DNA of 63,962 nt, filler included, from Octopus bimaculoides (GCF_001194135.2; 6 parts of 5 records of this genome joined end to end with filler, not necessarily neighbours in it), one strand, 5' to 3'; positions 22,649 to 37,949 are shown, counted from the first letter of the whole stretch. Notes: generated from the sequence alone by a model not told the origin. Translations and numbers: made by a program.

Positions 22649-23879
22649 NNNNNNNNNNNNNNNNNNNNNNNNNNNNNNNNNNNNNNNNNNNNNNNNNNNN
22701 NNNNNNNNNNNNNNNNNNNNNNNNNNNNNNNNNNNNNNNNNNNNNNNNNNNNNNNNNNNNNNNNNNNNNNNNNNNNNNNNNNNNNNNNNNNNNNNNNNNN
22801 NNNNNNNNNNNNNNNNNNNNNNNNNNNNNNNNNNNNNNNNNNNNNNNNNNNNNNNNNNNNNNNNNNNNNNNNNNNNNNNNNNNNNNNNNNNNNNNNNNNN
22901 NNNNNNNNNNNNNNNNNNNNNNNNNNNNNNNNNNNNNNNNNNNNNNNNNNNNNNNNNNNNNNNNNNNNNNNNNNNNNNNNNNNNNNNNNNNNNNNNNNNN
23001 NNNNNNNNNNNNNNNNNNNNNNNNNNNNNNNNNNNNNNNNNNNNNNNNNNNNNNNNNNNNNNNNNNNNNNNNNNNNNNNNNNNNNNNNNNNNNNNNNNNN
23101 NNNNNNNNNNNNNNNNNNNNGATCACAAGTAAATGATTAAATAACACTTTTACTGTCTTAAAAAGTGTAGTAAGACACATTGGTTAATGTAATTCGAGAT
23201 ATCAAATGCCTGAATAACAGATGGGATAGTCATGGCTGGAATACCTTTCATATTAGCTTTGCTACATCAGAGTCGACTCGAGATTAAATAACAATAACGA
23301 TGTAATTGTGGCGAGGGGGGGTTGGGGGAGAGGCATTCTGTTTAATTACTATTTTTCCTCGAACTGAGAAATCGATTAAAAGCGAAGTTCAATGATGTTG
23401 GGTGATCGGTAAGCTTTGCTGTGACAGTCATGCTTTTCGCAACAGTATTAACTGAAATAGATCTCCGACACACAAATGTAAACAACTAGGACACGGGTTC
23501 GATTCCTTCAGGAGAGCTAAACTTTTTAATTCTACTTTCACTGTACGTACGTGTAAATATGTTGCTGTTATCGTTGTAGCTGCAGCTGCTGTTGTTGTTG
23601 TTGTTGTTCTTGTTGTTGTTCTTGTTGCTGTTGTTGTCGAATCCTGAGTAAGACGTTTAGTGCTGCTGCTAAATCATATGGTCAAAGACATTCTATGAGC
23701 ATCTTGACTTCGCCGCCTCATCCCCACCCCGATATTTTCCAATGTTTTTTTTTGTTTCTTTTTTTTGTCCATTAAGACTGCAAGGTGTGATTTAAGGAAT
23801 ATATAGCTTCCATTTCTAGCAAGTCGCACGACCACGTTGAGAGGTTTCCCCGCAACTTGAGTTTGCTGAGTATATATAT

Positions 23880-24050
23880 ATATATGGGAGAATATACAAA
23901 TAATAACAACAGACGAGGACAGGTGGTGTAAATAACAAAAGTATATATTAGTATGACGCTCGGGAATACGGAAAGTCTTTGACGTTTCGAGCTACGCTCT
24001 TCAACAGAAAGAATACGGAGACAAGGAGAAAAACACGGAGAAAAAAAAAA
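23880..24050 (-). mobile_element. Penelope-like terminal-repeat fragment carrying the hammerhead
   Basis: Abuts a (TA)n tract; a near-identical partial copy without the ribozyme lies at about 16225-16310. Confidence 0.5.
23976..24012 (-). ncRNA. Minimal type I hammerhead ribozyme variant (Penelope-like)
   Basis: UCUUU-CUGUUGA-A-GAGC(GUA)GCUC-GAAA-CGU-C-AAAGA: 5-bp helix I, 4-bp helix II, loopless palindromic helix III; A6 is replaced by U. Confidence 0.65.
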
Positions 24051-24202
24051 AATTGGAGAAAAAAAATTGAATAGTGTTCAGTCAACGGTCAATATGTGTC
24101 TATGTATATATGCATGTATGCATGTATGTATGTATGTATATATGTCTATGTATGCATGTATGTATGCATGTATATATGTATATACATTATATATATATAT
24201 AC

Positions 24203-24255
<53 letters not shown>

Positions 24256-24367
24256 CATATATACACGTAAATAGAGAGAGAGAAGTAGTGACAGAGAACA
24301 TACGTACATATACACACACGCACGCACATACACATACACACACATATATACATATACACACACACAC

Positions 24368-24408
<41 letters not shown>

Positions 24409-24749
24409 CATTTAAACAAATATATAGGTATACATTGAGAGAAAGGTAGGTATATATGTTTGTGTGTGTGCATGTGTGTATCTATGCGTTTGTATGCAAG
24501 CGTGTGCGTGTATGTTTGTGTGTGGTAAAATATTACAGCCACACGCAAAAGATAAACAGTTACAGTGAATGATAAAGGAAACAATTTTAAGAGAAAAGGA
24601 TTTATTAGAGACGGAGAGGACGAGGAGGAGGAGAAGAGGGAGGGACAACACAGACAGAGAGTGTGACAGAGAGAGAGAGAGAGAATACGAAAGGGCGAGA
24701 GAAAGAGCAATGAGACAGAGAAAGAGAGAGACGAAAATAGAAAAAGATT

Positions 24750-24788
<39 letters not shown>

Positions 24789-24843
24789 CATACATACAAA
24801 AATACATATTCAGAGAGGGACAGAGAGGGACAGAGAGAGAGGG

Positions 24844-24879
<36 letters not shown>

Positions 24880-25834
24880 TACGGAATGAGAGAGAAAGTG
24901 AGGAAAATAGATTTGACAGAGATGATCAGGCAAATTTTGCGGAAGACAGAAGGAACGAATGGATAACATTCCAAACATGTANNNNNNNNNNNNNNNNNNN
25001 NNNNNNNNNNNNNNNNNNNNNNNNNNNNNNNNNNNNNNNNNNNNNNNNNNNNNNNNNNNNNNNNNNNNNNNNATATATATATATATATAGGAAAGACAGA
25101 TGTAGTGGATAAAAGAAAGTACGTGTGTGTGCATATATATATATTGTGTGTGCGTGTGTACATGTGAGTGAGCATGTGTACGTGTGAGTACATAAGCCTA
25201 ATATATATATACACATACATACATAGATAGTTATACATATTTTTATATATTAGACACACACACAAACACACAAGCACACACATACACGTACACACACACC
25301 CCTACCTTCATTCACTGCCTTTCGTCGTACTCAGTGTCTGTTATTCGTCTCTCTCTCTCTCTGTTCACCTCCTACACTGAAATCTGTCCTCCTCCTCCTC
25401 CTCCTCTTCCTATTCCTCCTTCTCCTCTGCTGCTCCTCCAAATGCTCTCTCTCTCTCTCTCCGACCACTACTTTACTCCTTCCCTCACTCACTAACTCGT
25501 TTTTCACTCACTTTCTCCCACTTCATATCATCCTTACATATACATATACATATATATATATATGTTTCTATATTTCTATTTCTCTCTCTTACTCACCCTC
25601 TCAGCCTGCTTCTGTTGTTGTTCAGTGAAAAACCCACACAAAATCTAATGCTGGCATGATTCGTGTGACTTCTGTTTCTTCTCTTCTCTTCTTCCTCACT
25701 CAGCACCAGTTTACGGAGTCCCGGAGTACCAAACACTATCGTTTGTCTACGTCTATCTGTGTCTTCTATTCAACAACATACCTAGCACTACTACGTTTAG
25801 TTTCTGGGGGCCAAATTACCAGCCGAACTCAGTG

Positions 25835-25933
25835 GTAAGTTGCTTTCCTTGTTATTTCTTTTATTATTATTACCATTATTACATTTCGTTTTCCATTCAT
25901 TCCTTTTCGTCCTTCTTTCCTTTGTAGGTAAGT
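25835..25933 (+). promoter_or_regulatory. GTAAGT donor followed 93 nt later by a polypyrimidine-TAG|GTAAGT composite splice site
   Basis: CAGTG|GTAAGT at 25835; TCCTTTTCGTCCTTCTTTCCTTTGTAG|GTAAGT at 25927/25928. Confidence 0.35.
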
Positions 25934-26156
25934 TGGTAGGGTAAGAAGGGGAACACATTTCGATATTAGTCCACTCTGTTCATCTAACAACATCATATAG
26001 CAGCAATTAGTATTGTTTATGATAATGATAATGATTATTATTTTTATTGTTGTTCTTGTTACAATTGTGTACAGCTCTTGTTTGTTGTCCCCTGTTGTCC
26101 TTGTATTCTTACTGTCCTCCACATTGTGTATATATTATGTGTAACATGCACGTATG

Positions 26157-26188
<32 letters not shown>

Positions 26189-26694
26189 GTGTGTGTGTGT
26201 GTAAATTGTATACGTATGAATGACAGTATATGCATATACTATGTATGTAATTATGTATATGTGTGCGTGTGCAATTTTAATGTTACTCTGTCTTTAATTG
26301 CCGCTACTCTTAGTTTTCTTTGCTCGATGCAAATAATTAAGGCGACAAATGTATGTATATATGTACGTATGTACAGAGATAGAGGGGATAGTCAGAGAGA
26401 CAACAATGTATTGAGTGGGTATATATATATATGCATGTATGTATGTATGTATATGTACAGAGAGAAAGCGATGGATAGGGTGGAGTACATTTTGTTATTT
26501 GTTCTACAATGTATTTTAAATACATATTTTTAATTTTTGTATCTCTTGTCTGGTCCCGTTTTCATTGCCAAGTAACGTTTAAACATTTACACTCATACAA
26601 CACACAACGCATGCATATACATTCGTATGTATGTTTAATAAACAAGTATATATATATATATATAAACAATATATGACTATATGCATATATATTG

Positions 26695-26742
<48 letters not shown>

Positions 26743-26846
26743 TGTTTGCATCTGTACGGCAATCTGTCCTTACCGCTTCTGTATCCACAATCACTGGACA
26801 GGCAAGCACTCACCTCTGTTGGTCACTGTATCACCCAACATCACAC

Positions 26847-26890
<44 letters not shown>

Positions 26891-28465
26891 ATGTACACAT
26901 TACATAAATATATACCCATGTTCAGCGAGTGTTTGTTGGTCAGTGACACTACAAACTTTCAAGTTGTTCGGCTTTTTGCTGGACAATCGGTTCTACAACA
27001 CCTCGACCGACCAATCTCCATCGCCGCCGTCGTCAGCTGCACCACTACCACCACCGTCAGCTCCGTCACCACCACCATCACTACCACTACGGCAACTGCC
27101 ACCTTCATCACCGTTATCACCACTATCGTCACTACCACCACCATCTACGTCACCACCTACGTCACCACCATCGCTGTCATTTCCACCGCTACAACCACCT
27201 TTCTTTGATAAAACAAAAAAATACATACAAAAAGTAGTAACAAAAAGACAAAAACCACCGTTGCCACCACCAACACCACTACACTGATTTGTTTTCACTC
27301 AGTATATATGTTTATACATACTTTTCTTAGACGGACCCCCACCTCCTCTTTATATACACACGCGCACACATTGCATATGTGTATGAGTGTGTGTGTGTGT
27401 GTAAGATATCTGCACTTATATTTGTTCTTCGATGTGTGTTTGAAAGCACGTCTTCGCGTATATTTATGTATGTTTAATACTAGCGTATGTGTACCTGTAT
27501 GGGTGTGTATTAAGGCCACTTTGATCGCTCCGCTATTATAGAAATACACACAGACACACATACATATACACATGTACACTCTTCTTTATCTACCTCTCTC
27601 GATTGTGTGTGTGTGTGTGTATTTATAATTGTTAGTATGTATATACGTGTGATAAGTATTTGTAAACGAGATAAAGATTTAAGACATGCACCTACATACA
27701 CATCTATGTATACATACAACGCACACACGCGCACAGAGGCAAGCAGGCACACGCACGCACACACACACACACACACTCGGCCTTCTGTTTAAATACAATT
27801 TAGTTTATTTTTAGTATATTGGTGTTCAGCTGTAAATGTTTAATTAATCACTGTGCGTATAGGTGCCTATGTGTGTGTGTGTATGTTTGAACATTTGTGC
27901 GTTTGGATGGATGGATGTATGTGGCTGTGTGTCTGAATGTATTCCTTTATGTCTGTGTGAACGTATGTGTGTGTGTGTTTGTGTGTCTATATTATGTTAC
28001 TTTTGTTTTTTACGCGCAAGTTTATTGACCCATCACACTCACATACACTTGTATGTGTGTGTTCGTATGTATGTATGTATGTGTGTAAAATAATGCGAAC
28101 GTTGAGAACAGAGGAGTGACAGGGGGGGGAGAGATGAACTTCCGGTGATTCCAAACACTTACGGCTAACACACACACACTCACACATTTCCCCCTTTCAC
28201 CCCCCCCACTTCGGAATTCTTTACGTTTATTGGGGGGAAACGGTTGAATGTCTCTACATCCTGCTGTCACCTATTTCAGTAAATGTCAGAGCTTCTACTT
28301 TTCTCAATAGAAATCTGAATATTTATCAATTTATTTTCACTGACATAAAGAAAAACTAATATTCTTTGTTTTGGTTTTTTTCTAGTTGTTGTACGGTTTT
28401 TTTTTTCTTCTCAGTAGCATTGTTATTGTATAATTATCTTCCAAAGAATTATAATTTTATATGTA

Positions 28466-28529
<64 letters not shown>

Positions 28530-28607
28530 AATTACTGGTGATGTATATCTTGTTCTACGACAAATGTTAACCTTGTGCTTATTCAAAAGAAACGAGTGAG
28601 CGTGTGT

Positions 28608-28639
<32 letters not shown>

Positions 28640-29344
28640 CATGCATGCATGTATATATATTTATTTATACATGGATATACATACATAAAATCACATGCGT
28701 ATATATTTATGTACATGCACGTATGTATAATGTTCTGTTACAATTATTATTGATTGTTTTTGTTTAACATGGACAAGCCTGATCGTGTAGACAAACCGAC
28801 GAGCAAAGAAGGCATTCCAGGTGTGACCATCCTGTTTGTTGGAATCTACGGCAGGCACTATGACTAACCATATAATCTAATGTCTGTCCTTTTTTTTTTT
28901 TAAGAAAGTGGAGTTACGATTTCTGGGTAATTTGATATCTATTTCTAGCAAGTGAGTAATTTCATAGAAGCTTCCTCGATGACGGTAACGGAGGAGGAGG
29001 AGGTGGTGGTGGTGGTGGGGTGTAGCAGTGGAAGTGTTACTGATGTGGTTGTTATGGTGGTGGCAGTGGTGGTGGTGGTTGGTTTCCAGAAGTGTTTAAA
29101 TGTAACAAACATGTAAAACACTGCATTTAGCTTACTTTCAGGACATTGGTTGGTTCTCCTCCCCCCCCCTCCAACTCGCACACGCACACAAAAACTCGCG
29201 TGCTCACGCTCATGCATCGTTACTTCCAAGTTTTGTTTTTCATTCCCGATTTTCAGGCGATTATAAAAATAGGAACGTAAAATTAAGTATTTAGAATGAG
29301 GTGTAAGTATTTTCACGAGATTTAATTATTACTTTCACTGTGAG

Positions 29345-29415
29345 ATTACATTACTCTCATAAGATCATTACTCTCATATGATCATTACTCATAAGATCAT
29401 TACTCTCATAAGATC
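29345..29415. repeat. 17-bp minisatellite (GATCATTACTCTCATAA), about 4 copies
   Basis: Read directly. Confidence 0.85.
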
Positions 29416-32022
29416 TTCACGTCATTATGAGACTGTTCCCTTAATATGGCTTTTAATATAAAATACAATATACGACCAGCTCAAATGTAAAAATATATTA
29501 TGGTGTAATCCAGCTTTTAGTTTAGATGTTCTAACATATATTAGCTAAGTTTCTCTTTTTTTTTTTTAAATTTGTGATATATCACAGTTCTCATAAAACT
29601 TTAAATAGAAATTCAATTAAAGCAAATTATTCTTGTAAAAATTTATTCAAGCTCATTTTATAATTTTAATAATAATGATATACCCTTTCTCCTCCTACCT
29701 CAGACTTCAACAAAACAATTTACCCTTTTAGCTCATTTAGTACGCCAAAGTTGGGTCAGACAACGGTGTTCCCAGAACTTTGATTGGATTTACTAGAAAT
29801 TGCTTTAAAGTTCGTTTTTATCAACATATCCATACAACCAATATATCTGAGACAAAATATTGTCAACAAGAACCACTAGGTGCGATCTTTGTGTTATGTG
29901 AGTGATCATACGTAGCGGAGAGCCTGAGCGGTGGCCAACTAAATCATCTACTTTTCTACGAATATGTATGTGCACACACATACACACGTACAAAAATACA
30001 CGCGCTTGTGATTATAGAACTTGTGCTAAAGACTAAATAGGTGTGTATGTGTATGTGACAGTATGTGTGCGTGCGTGCGTGTCTGCATACAGCTCTAATT
30101 ACATGTTTGTCAGTGGGTATTGAACGCTGTAGCATACTCGACGGCTGTTCTCGCGAACCCCCCTCTTCTCCTTTGCTACCTCGCTATAACTATCAATAGC
30201 GCCGGCACCACCACCACCTCCACTACCATCGCTCTACCACTTTATGACTTTACCCCCGTCACTGTCACCTTTTTTATAGCTATCACCACTACCTCCAGTG
30301 AGCTCCTTCATTCTGAACTATCAACCACCGCCACCCACCATCGCCACCGTACTTAACTCTTATATTAGGTTACATACTTTTGCTACACAAATACTTTTTT
30401 TTATCTTCTACTTAAAACAATATCGTTTAGTCGTCCACTTCTTCACATGCATACATACACATTCATTCGTGTACCAACTAACACTCACTCTCTCGTTATG
30501 TATGCGTGCGCTCGTTTATGTGTATGTATTATATATATATATGTGTGTATATATATGTGTGTATATATATATGTGTGTGTATATATATATGTGTGTATAT
30601 ATATATATGTGTGTATATATATATATATGTGTGTATATATATATATATGTGTGTATATATATATATGTGTGTATATATATATATGTGTGTATATATATAT
30701 ATGTGTGTATATATATATGTGTGTATATATATATGTGTGTGTATATNNNNNNNNNNNNNNNNNNNNNNNNNNNNNNNNNNNNNNNNNNNNNNNNNNNNNN
30801 NNNNNNNNNNNNNNNNNNNNNNNNNNNNNNNNNNNNNNNNNNNNNNNNNNNNNNNNNNNNNNNNNNNNNNNNNNNNNNNNNNNNNNNNNNNNNNNNNNNN
30901 NNNNNNNNNNNNNNNNNNNNNNNNNNNNNNNNNNNNNNNNNNNNNNNNNNNNNNNNNNNNNNNNNNNNNNNNNNNNNNNNNNNNNNNNNNNNNNNNNNNN
31001 NNNNNNNNNNNNNNNNNNNNNNNNNNNNNNNNNNNNNNNNNNNNNNNNNNNNNNNNNNNNNNNNNNNNNNNNNNNNNNNNNNNNNNNNNNNNNNNNNNNN
31101 NNNNNNNNNNNNNNNNNNNNNNNNNNNNNNNNNNNNNNNNNNNNNNNNNNNNNNNNNNNNNNNNNNNNNNNNNNNNNNNNNNNNNNNNNNNNNNNNNNNN
31201 NNNNNNNNNNNNNNNNNNNNNNNNNNNNNNNNNNNNNNNNNNNNNNNNNNNNNNNNNNNNNNNNNNNNNNNNNNNNNNNNNNNNNNNNNNNNNNNNNNNN
31301 NNNNNNNNNNNNNNNNNNNNNNNNNNNNNNNNNNNNNNNNNNNNNNNNNNNNNNNNNNNNNNNNNNNNNNNNNNNNNNNNNNNNNNNNNNNNNNNNNNNN
31401 NNNNNNNNNNNNNNNNNNNNNNNNNNNNNNNNNNNNNNNNNNNNNNNNNNNNNNNNNNNNNNNNNNNNNNNNNNNNNNNNNNNNNNNNNNNNNNNNNNNN
31501 NNNNNNNNNNNNNNNNNNNNNNNNNNNNNNNNNNNNNNNNNNNNNNNNNNNNNNNNNNNNNNNNNNNNNNNNNNNNNNNNNNNNNNNNNNNNNNNNNNNN
31601 NNNNNNNNNNNNNNNNNNNNNNNNNNNNNNNNNNNNNNNNNNNNNNNNNNNNNNNNNNNNNNNNNNNNNNNNNNNNNNNNNNNNNNNNNNNNNNNNTGTG
31701 TATGTGTATGTGTGTGTATGTGTATGTGTGTGTATGTGTATGTGTGTGTATGTGTATGTGTGTGTATGTGTGTGTATGTGTATGTGTGTGTATGTGTATG
31801 TGTGTGTATATATGTGTGTGTGTATGTATATATATATATATATATATGTGTGTATATGTATATATGTGTGTATATGTATATATGTGTGTATATGTATATA
31901 TGTGTGTGTGTGTATATGTATATATGTGTGTGTGTATATATATGTGTGTGTGTATATATATGTATATATATGTATATATATATGTGTATATATATATATT
32001 AATATATATAGAGAGAGAGAGA

Positions 32023-32060
<38 letters not shown>

Positions 32061-34190
32061 TATATAGGTACATATACACCAGTTAACCCTTGGTGTTGTA
32101 TTTGGGTTTATCAAGAGTAAAGACATGTTTGTTACATGTTAACGCACACACACACACACAGATAAATATAGTTGCACTCATGCGCAGCTCACCGCAGTTT
32201 GTAAACCATTGTAAATTTTACGTATATAACCCTCTTATATGCGTAAGACGCGTATATGTATGTATGTATGTATGTATGTATGCGCGTGTGTGTGTGATAA
32301 AAGCTGGTTAGGTGAGTGTTTTATGTAATAATATTATAAAGGAAACACACAGACACAGAAAACATGCAACGATGCATGCCTCACGTGCAGTGTGTGCATC
32401 ACATGCCTCTCGTCTTGATCTCTCGTGCTGAAAAGGCTCAGCTGGATTCAGCAAGTATTCGAAACCCGGTTAACAAAGCTTACGTTGGTTGCTGTCAGCT
32501 TCGATTACACGCCACACTCTTTGATGGTCGCTTGAAACAATTAGCAGTTGGAAATCTTTTAGAAATTCTTCACTGCTCCTCTTCTCCCCCTCCCTCGACA
32601 CCTTTTACACGTGCCAACACACACACACACACACGCACACATTTATATATACATATTAACAGCTAAACATACATAGATACATGCTGGCACCGAGATAGGA
32701 TACACAACCATTTCATTATCTTTCATTCGTTTTCTCTCTCATTCACTTCAAGTCCTCTTACTCTCTCCTCCTCCCATTCTCTCGCTTTATTAAGTCATCT
32801 TCCCTTCCTTTTTCTTTCCCTTTTTCTCAGTTTATTAATTCCTCTAAACCTTCCTTTCCCTCTCTCTCTCTCTCTCTCTCTCTGCTCCTTTTCACATTAT
32901 TTCTTCTTACTATCCCCTCATCCACCCTTCTTCCTCTCTCTCTCATAGATACAATTTCCTCTTACCCTGCCTCTCCGCTCTTCTACCTCCCACTACTTAC
33001 AGCCATTACTCTAATCATCTGTTCGGTCTGTTATCAATGGATAAACAGAATTAAGACAGGCATTTGTACAATTACACACACACATGCGTGTACGTCTGTG
33101 TTTGCGTGTATACATGTATATAAATATATATATATATATATATACATATAGATGTGTGTGTACAGACACTCACACACACAAACACGTTCTTTTTCATGTA
33201 AACACATGCAACACACGTCGACGACAATAGAAGTGTGTGTATGTGCGCGCGCACAATACTTACTGTCTCATTAGCTTATGTGTACTTATATGCGCACACA
33301 CACACACATACACATAGACACACGCACGCGTACACTCTTGCCTTGTAGATTAACAGGTGAATGATATTGTAGGTTTTCTAGGAAAGACATGTTGTGGTAT
33401 GTATGTATGTATATATATATATATGTACGTGCGTGTATTCAACTGTAGAAAATCAATCATAGTATAAACATGTGTGTGTTTGTGCATGCATAATTAATCT
33501 GTGTGTGTGTGTTTCCGCTCTTTTACAAAGATACTCGGAAGCATGTAACTTCCTATTATGAATGTGACATTTTTTAGTGCATATCTGCGTATGTGCAGTG
33601 TATGCCTGCGTGTGTTATTTAACCCAAGGAAGAAGGCGTTGATCCAGCTGGCGTATTTAACTTCAAGGTGTTTTCATTTTTTCTGTTTTTTTTTCTTTTA
33701 GACTGCCTTACGATCACATTGTCTTTCTTTTTTTACCCTGTTTGTTTGAAGGAGTTTGGTTGCTCTTTCTAGCAGGCCTGTCAACCGTGTAGAGATTCAC
33801 TCACGTGTGTGGTTGTAGTTTTGTCTGTCTTTCTGTCTATATAGTTGTATGTCTGTCTGTCTCTCTCTTTGAATATGTGTGTCTATCTCTCTCTCTCTCT
33901 CTGAGTATATGTGTATGCATATTCTTATGTATATTTGCATATTTATATGGAATATGTATGCATATGTGTGTGTGTATGTATGCAACTGTGTATATGCATA
34001 TGTATGCATGTGTATGTGTGCGCACACGCATCACAATCCCGTAAGACCTATATTTACATTCCTTTGTCTCAGCTTAGATCTCCAGCTACTTCTCCTTCTC
34101 TCTCTCTCTCTGCTTTTCCCTTCTTCCCCCCTCTCACTACAACTGTCAAACACTGCCACCTCTAAAACCTTTCAGCGCACATTTCTGTCT

Positions 34191-34224
<34 letters not shown>

Positions 34225-34444
34225 AATTTTATCTGTCTATCTAACGCCTCTGTCTTTTCTTACTCCTTTTCACCGACTTCTCTCTTCTTTTGCATATATC
34301 AGTCTATTTATCTCTCCGTCTGTCTATCTGTCTCTATCTGTGTCTACGTCTCTCTCTTTCTTTCTCTCTCTCTCTCTTTCTTTCTCTCTCTCTCTTTCTT
34401 TCTCTCTTTCTTTCTTTCTCTCTCTCTCTTTCTTTCTCTCTCTC

Positions 34445-34579
<135 letters not shown>

Positions 34580-35304
34580 TTATCACTTTTATCTGTCATA
34601 TTCTCTTACATATCTAATCTCATTCTGTCATTTTCCGCTACACACATTTGTCTATCTATCTATCCATGTTTGTGTGTGGTTGAATCTATTTCTCTGCTTT
34701 AATTCACTTGGCAATCAACTTTCTTATTTCGTTTTCGCCGTCTTAAGTACATACTATTTCTTCTCGTCTTTATTTCTAAACTACTTCCCTCTTCAAATCA
34801 CTCTCCAATCCACTCTCTCTCTCTCTCTCTCATTAATTCATGTACTTTGTCTTTCTCTTTAATTCGTATGCTTTCTCATTCTTTCTCTTATCAATTTACA
34901 AAACCTCTCTTGTCATTCGTTCGTCTCGGTTCTGTTTTGTTCCGCCGCTTCTTGAAAACAGTGGAGAAAACTACAACAAAAGTGGCGGACGAGTGTCTAT
35001 AGCTGTGCGTGTCTGTTTTGTCTGTGTGTATGTATGTGTGTATATATATATAGATAGATATAGATATGTATATCTAGAGATGTTTAGTTTAACATTTTTA
35101 TGTACCTATGTCTAAGAGGGAAATTTCACTTATTTGACAGAATAAATTTTTCTTGTTTTTCCCGTACTTGTCATTCAGTTCACCACCGTCTCTTAGCTGT
35201 TTATTATATTTAAACAGTATGTATGACGTGTGTATGTGTACATATCTAGTTTCGCATACCTTTCTGTAATCGTGTGTTCGCGTACAAGCATATATGTACG
35301 AGCA

Positions 35305-35341
<37 letters not shown>

Positions 35342-35724
35342 TTGCAGCATATATAGTCTTCCGTGGTATGAGACAGGCCTCCAGGGGTAGGGCATATATA
35401 ATACACATGCATGCACACACATCCATAGATTGCAGTTGTCGGTATTACAAAGTGCATTGGTATATGACTAATACGATTTTTGTAGTGTGTGTGTGTGTGT
35501 GTGTATATATGTATATATATATATATATATATGTGTATGTATGTATATATGTATATGTGTATGTATGTATATATGTAAAAGTATATATATATATGTGTGT
35601 ATGTATGTATATATATAAATGTATATATATATGTATATATATATATATGTGTATATATTATATGGCGTTAAACATGATTACAATATCATTGTATTTATCT
35701 ATCTGTCTTTCGCACACTGTATGT

Positions 35725-35832
35725 GTGTTCGGCAAAAGAGACCGATAGAATAAGTCCTGGGGTCGATTTTCTCGACTAAAGGCGGTGCTCCAGCATGGCA
35801 ACAGTCAAATAACTGAAGCGAGTAAAAGAGTA
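35725..35832 (+). mobile_element. SINE family A 3' end
   Basis: TTCGGCAAAAGAGACCGATAGAATAAGTCCTGGGGTCG...GTAAAAGAGT. Confidence 0.8.
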
Positions 35833-36326
35833 ATATGCGTATATGTATGTATGTATGTATATGTATACATGTATGTTTGCATACATATATGTATACATGT
35901 ATGTATACATAAATATTTTTGCTACTATTTAGCTGTAACCGTGACTCAAGATCTGAGAGTTTAGTGCGTTGGCCCTTACGACATATATATATATGTATAT
36001 ATCGTTATGTATGTCCTTGTACGCGTGCCCTCGTGTACATTTGTGTGTGCGTGTCAGTGCGTTTTTGCGTGCGTGTGTGTGTGCGTAGGATATTGAGAGT
36101 GAGAAATACTGGTCCTAATGTGATAACGCTATCACAAGTCAGATTATACGTCTTGTTGAAAACATGGCTGTTTTTTTTCATCAGTCACTTTTCTCGTTAA
36201 CACGTATTTTACTCCCTTAGCATGCTCCTTATGACAACACATATATATACTTGCACACGTATATATATATACTACACTTTATCGTGCAGTTACTGTTAAT
36301 ACTTCATTTAGAGAATTAACATTGCT

Positions 36327-36358
<32 letters not shown>

Positions 36359-36753
36359 CAGATAGCGTTCACAGTGAATCTCTCTCTCTCTCTCTCTCTC
36401 TTTCTTTCTCTCTCTCTCTTTCTCTCTCTTTCTACAAGCAGTTTAAGGTAAATATAGAAATAATCAACAAATGTCTTAGCTGCTGCTGCTGCTTTTTGCT
36501 GACGTTGCTGCTGTCAGGTCCCGTGCGTGTTTGTTTGGATTCTTGTTTTAAAACCTACCCCATCCGACAAATGCATTCGCGTGCACGCACACTTAATAAT
36601 GCACGACTCCAATACCTCCATGTATACATACACACATTTATATATTGTGTATATGCATCTATTATGTATATACATAATTGTATATGTATGCGCATATATA
36701 TATATATTATTCGTATTCATATCCATAAATCTATGTCTATATATATATATGTG

Positions 36754-36790
<37 letters not shown>

Positions 36791-37133
36791 ATATATATAT
36801 ATATATATATAACATGCATTCACACATAATATACATGTATCCTTTATATTAATACATGTAATATATATCATTTATATAATTTATTTTTATTATATATATA
36901 TATATATATAAATATATATATATATTATTCGTATGCATATGTATAAAACGTATGTGTATACATAGCATGTACATGTGAGTATATGTATAGATCTGTATAT
37001 GGGTGTGTGTGTGTGCATGTGTATATATATATGTTACATATATACACTCACGCACACATTGTATAATATGCATATATCATTTATATATGTAACATATATC
37101 ATATATTTATATAATCATATATGTATAGATATG

Positions 37134-37238
<105 letters not shown>

Positions 37239-37253
37239 GTGTGTGTGTGTATA

Positions 37254-37284
<31 letters not shown>

Positions 37285-37423
37285 ATATATATGTGTGTGT
37301 ATATATATGTGTGTGTATATGTATATGTGTGTGTATATGTATATATGTGTGTGTATATATGTGTGTGTGTGTATATGTGTATATATGTGTGTGTGTGTGT
37401 ATATATGTGTGTGTGTGTATATA

Positions 37424-37454
<31 letters not shown>

Positions 37455-37469
37455 ATATATGTGTGTGTG

Positions 37470-37503
<34 letters not shown>

Positions 37504-37573
37504 CATATATATATGTGTATATATGTATATATATATGTATGTATATGTATATATGTGTATGTATGTATGTATA

Positions 37574-37604
<31 letters not shown>

Positions 37605-37949
37605 GATTCGCTCAGTTATTTACAAGCTTCTTTTGTTCGTTAGTTATTTGTTAAATTAATGTTTCTTTAGCAGTACACCGTAGCTCAACAGCCCCTCTTA
37701 CCATCATGCTATGTACCTTTTAAATGAAGCACCTAATTAGCTCGTATGTACCAACCAACCAACAACCAGCCAGCCGCATCACTAATTACATTCTAATTAC
37801 ATTTTCTGTCTATACATACACATACGTGCTCGCACATGCACAAGGAGAGAGTTGTGCAGTCCACGTTAACTCTAATCCAACGGACCTATGTACCTAGGAT
37901 GAAAAGCGTTCCAACTGTGGCTATCCCGTTACTGTTCTATTTAGGGATA

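Noticed and set aside
26814-26841. Minus-strand ATG...GAG|GTGAGT mini first exon
   Set aside because: Nine codons directly beside (TA)n, with no link to other exons.
26993-27298. Gly/Asp-rich ORF
   Set aside because: Degenerate (GGT/GAT)n repeat of the kind common in this window.
32380-32600. Complex sequence island among microsatellites with a minus-strand GTAAGC donor
   Set aside because: No acceptor, ORF or homology to support a call.
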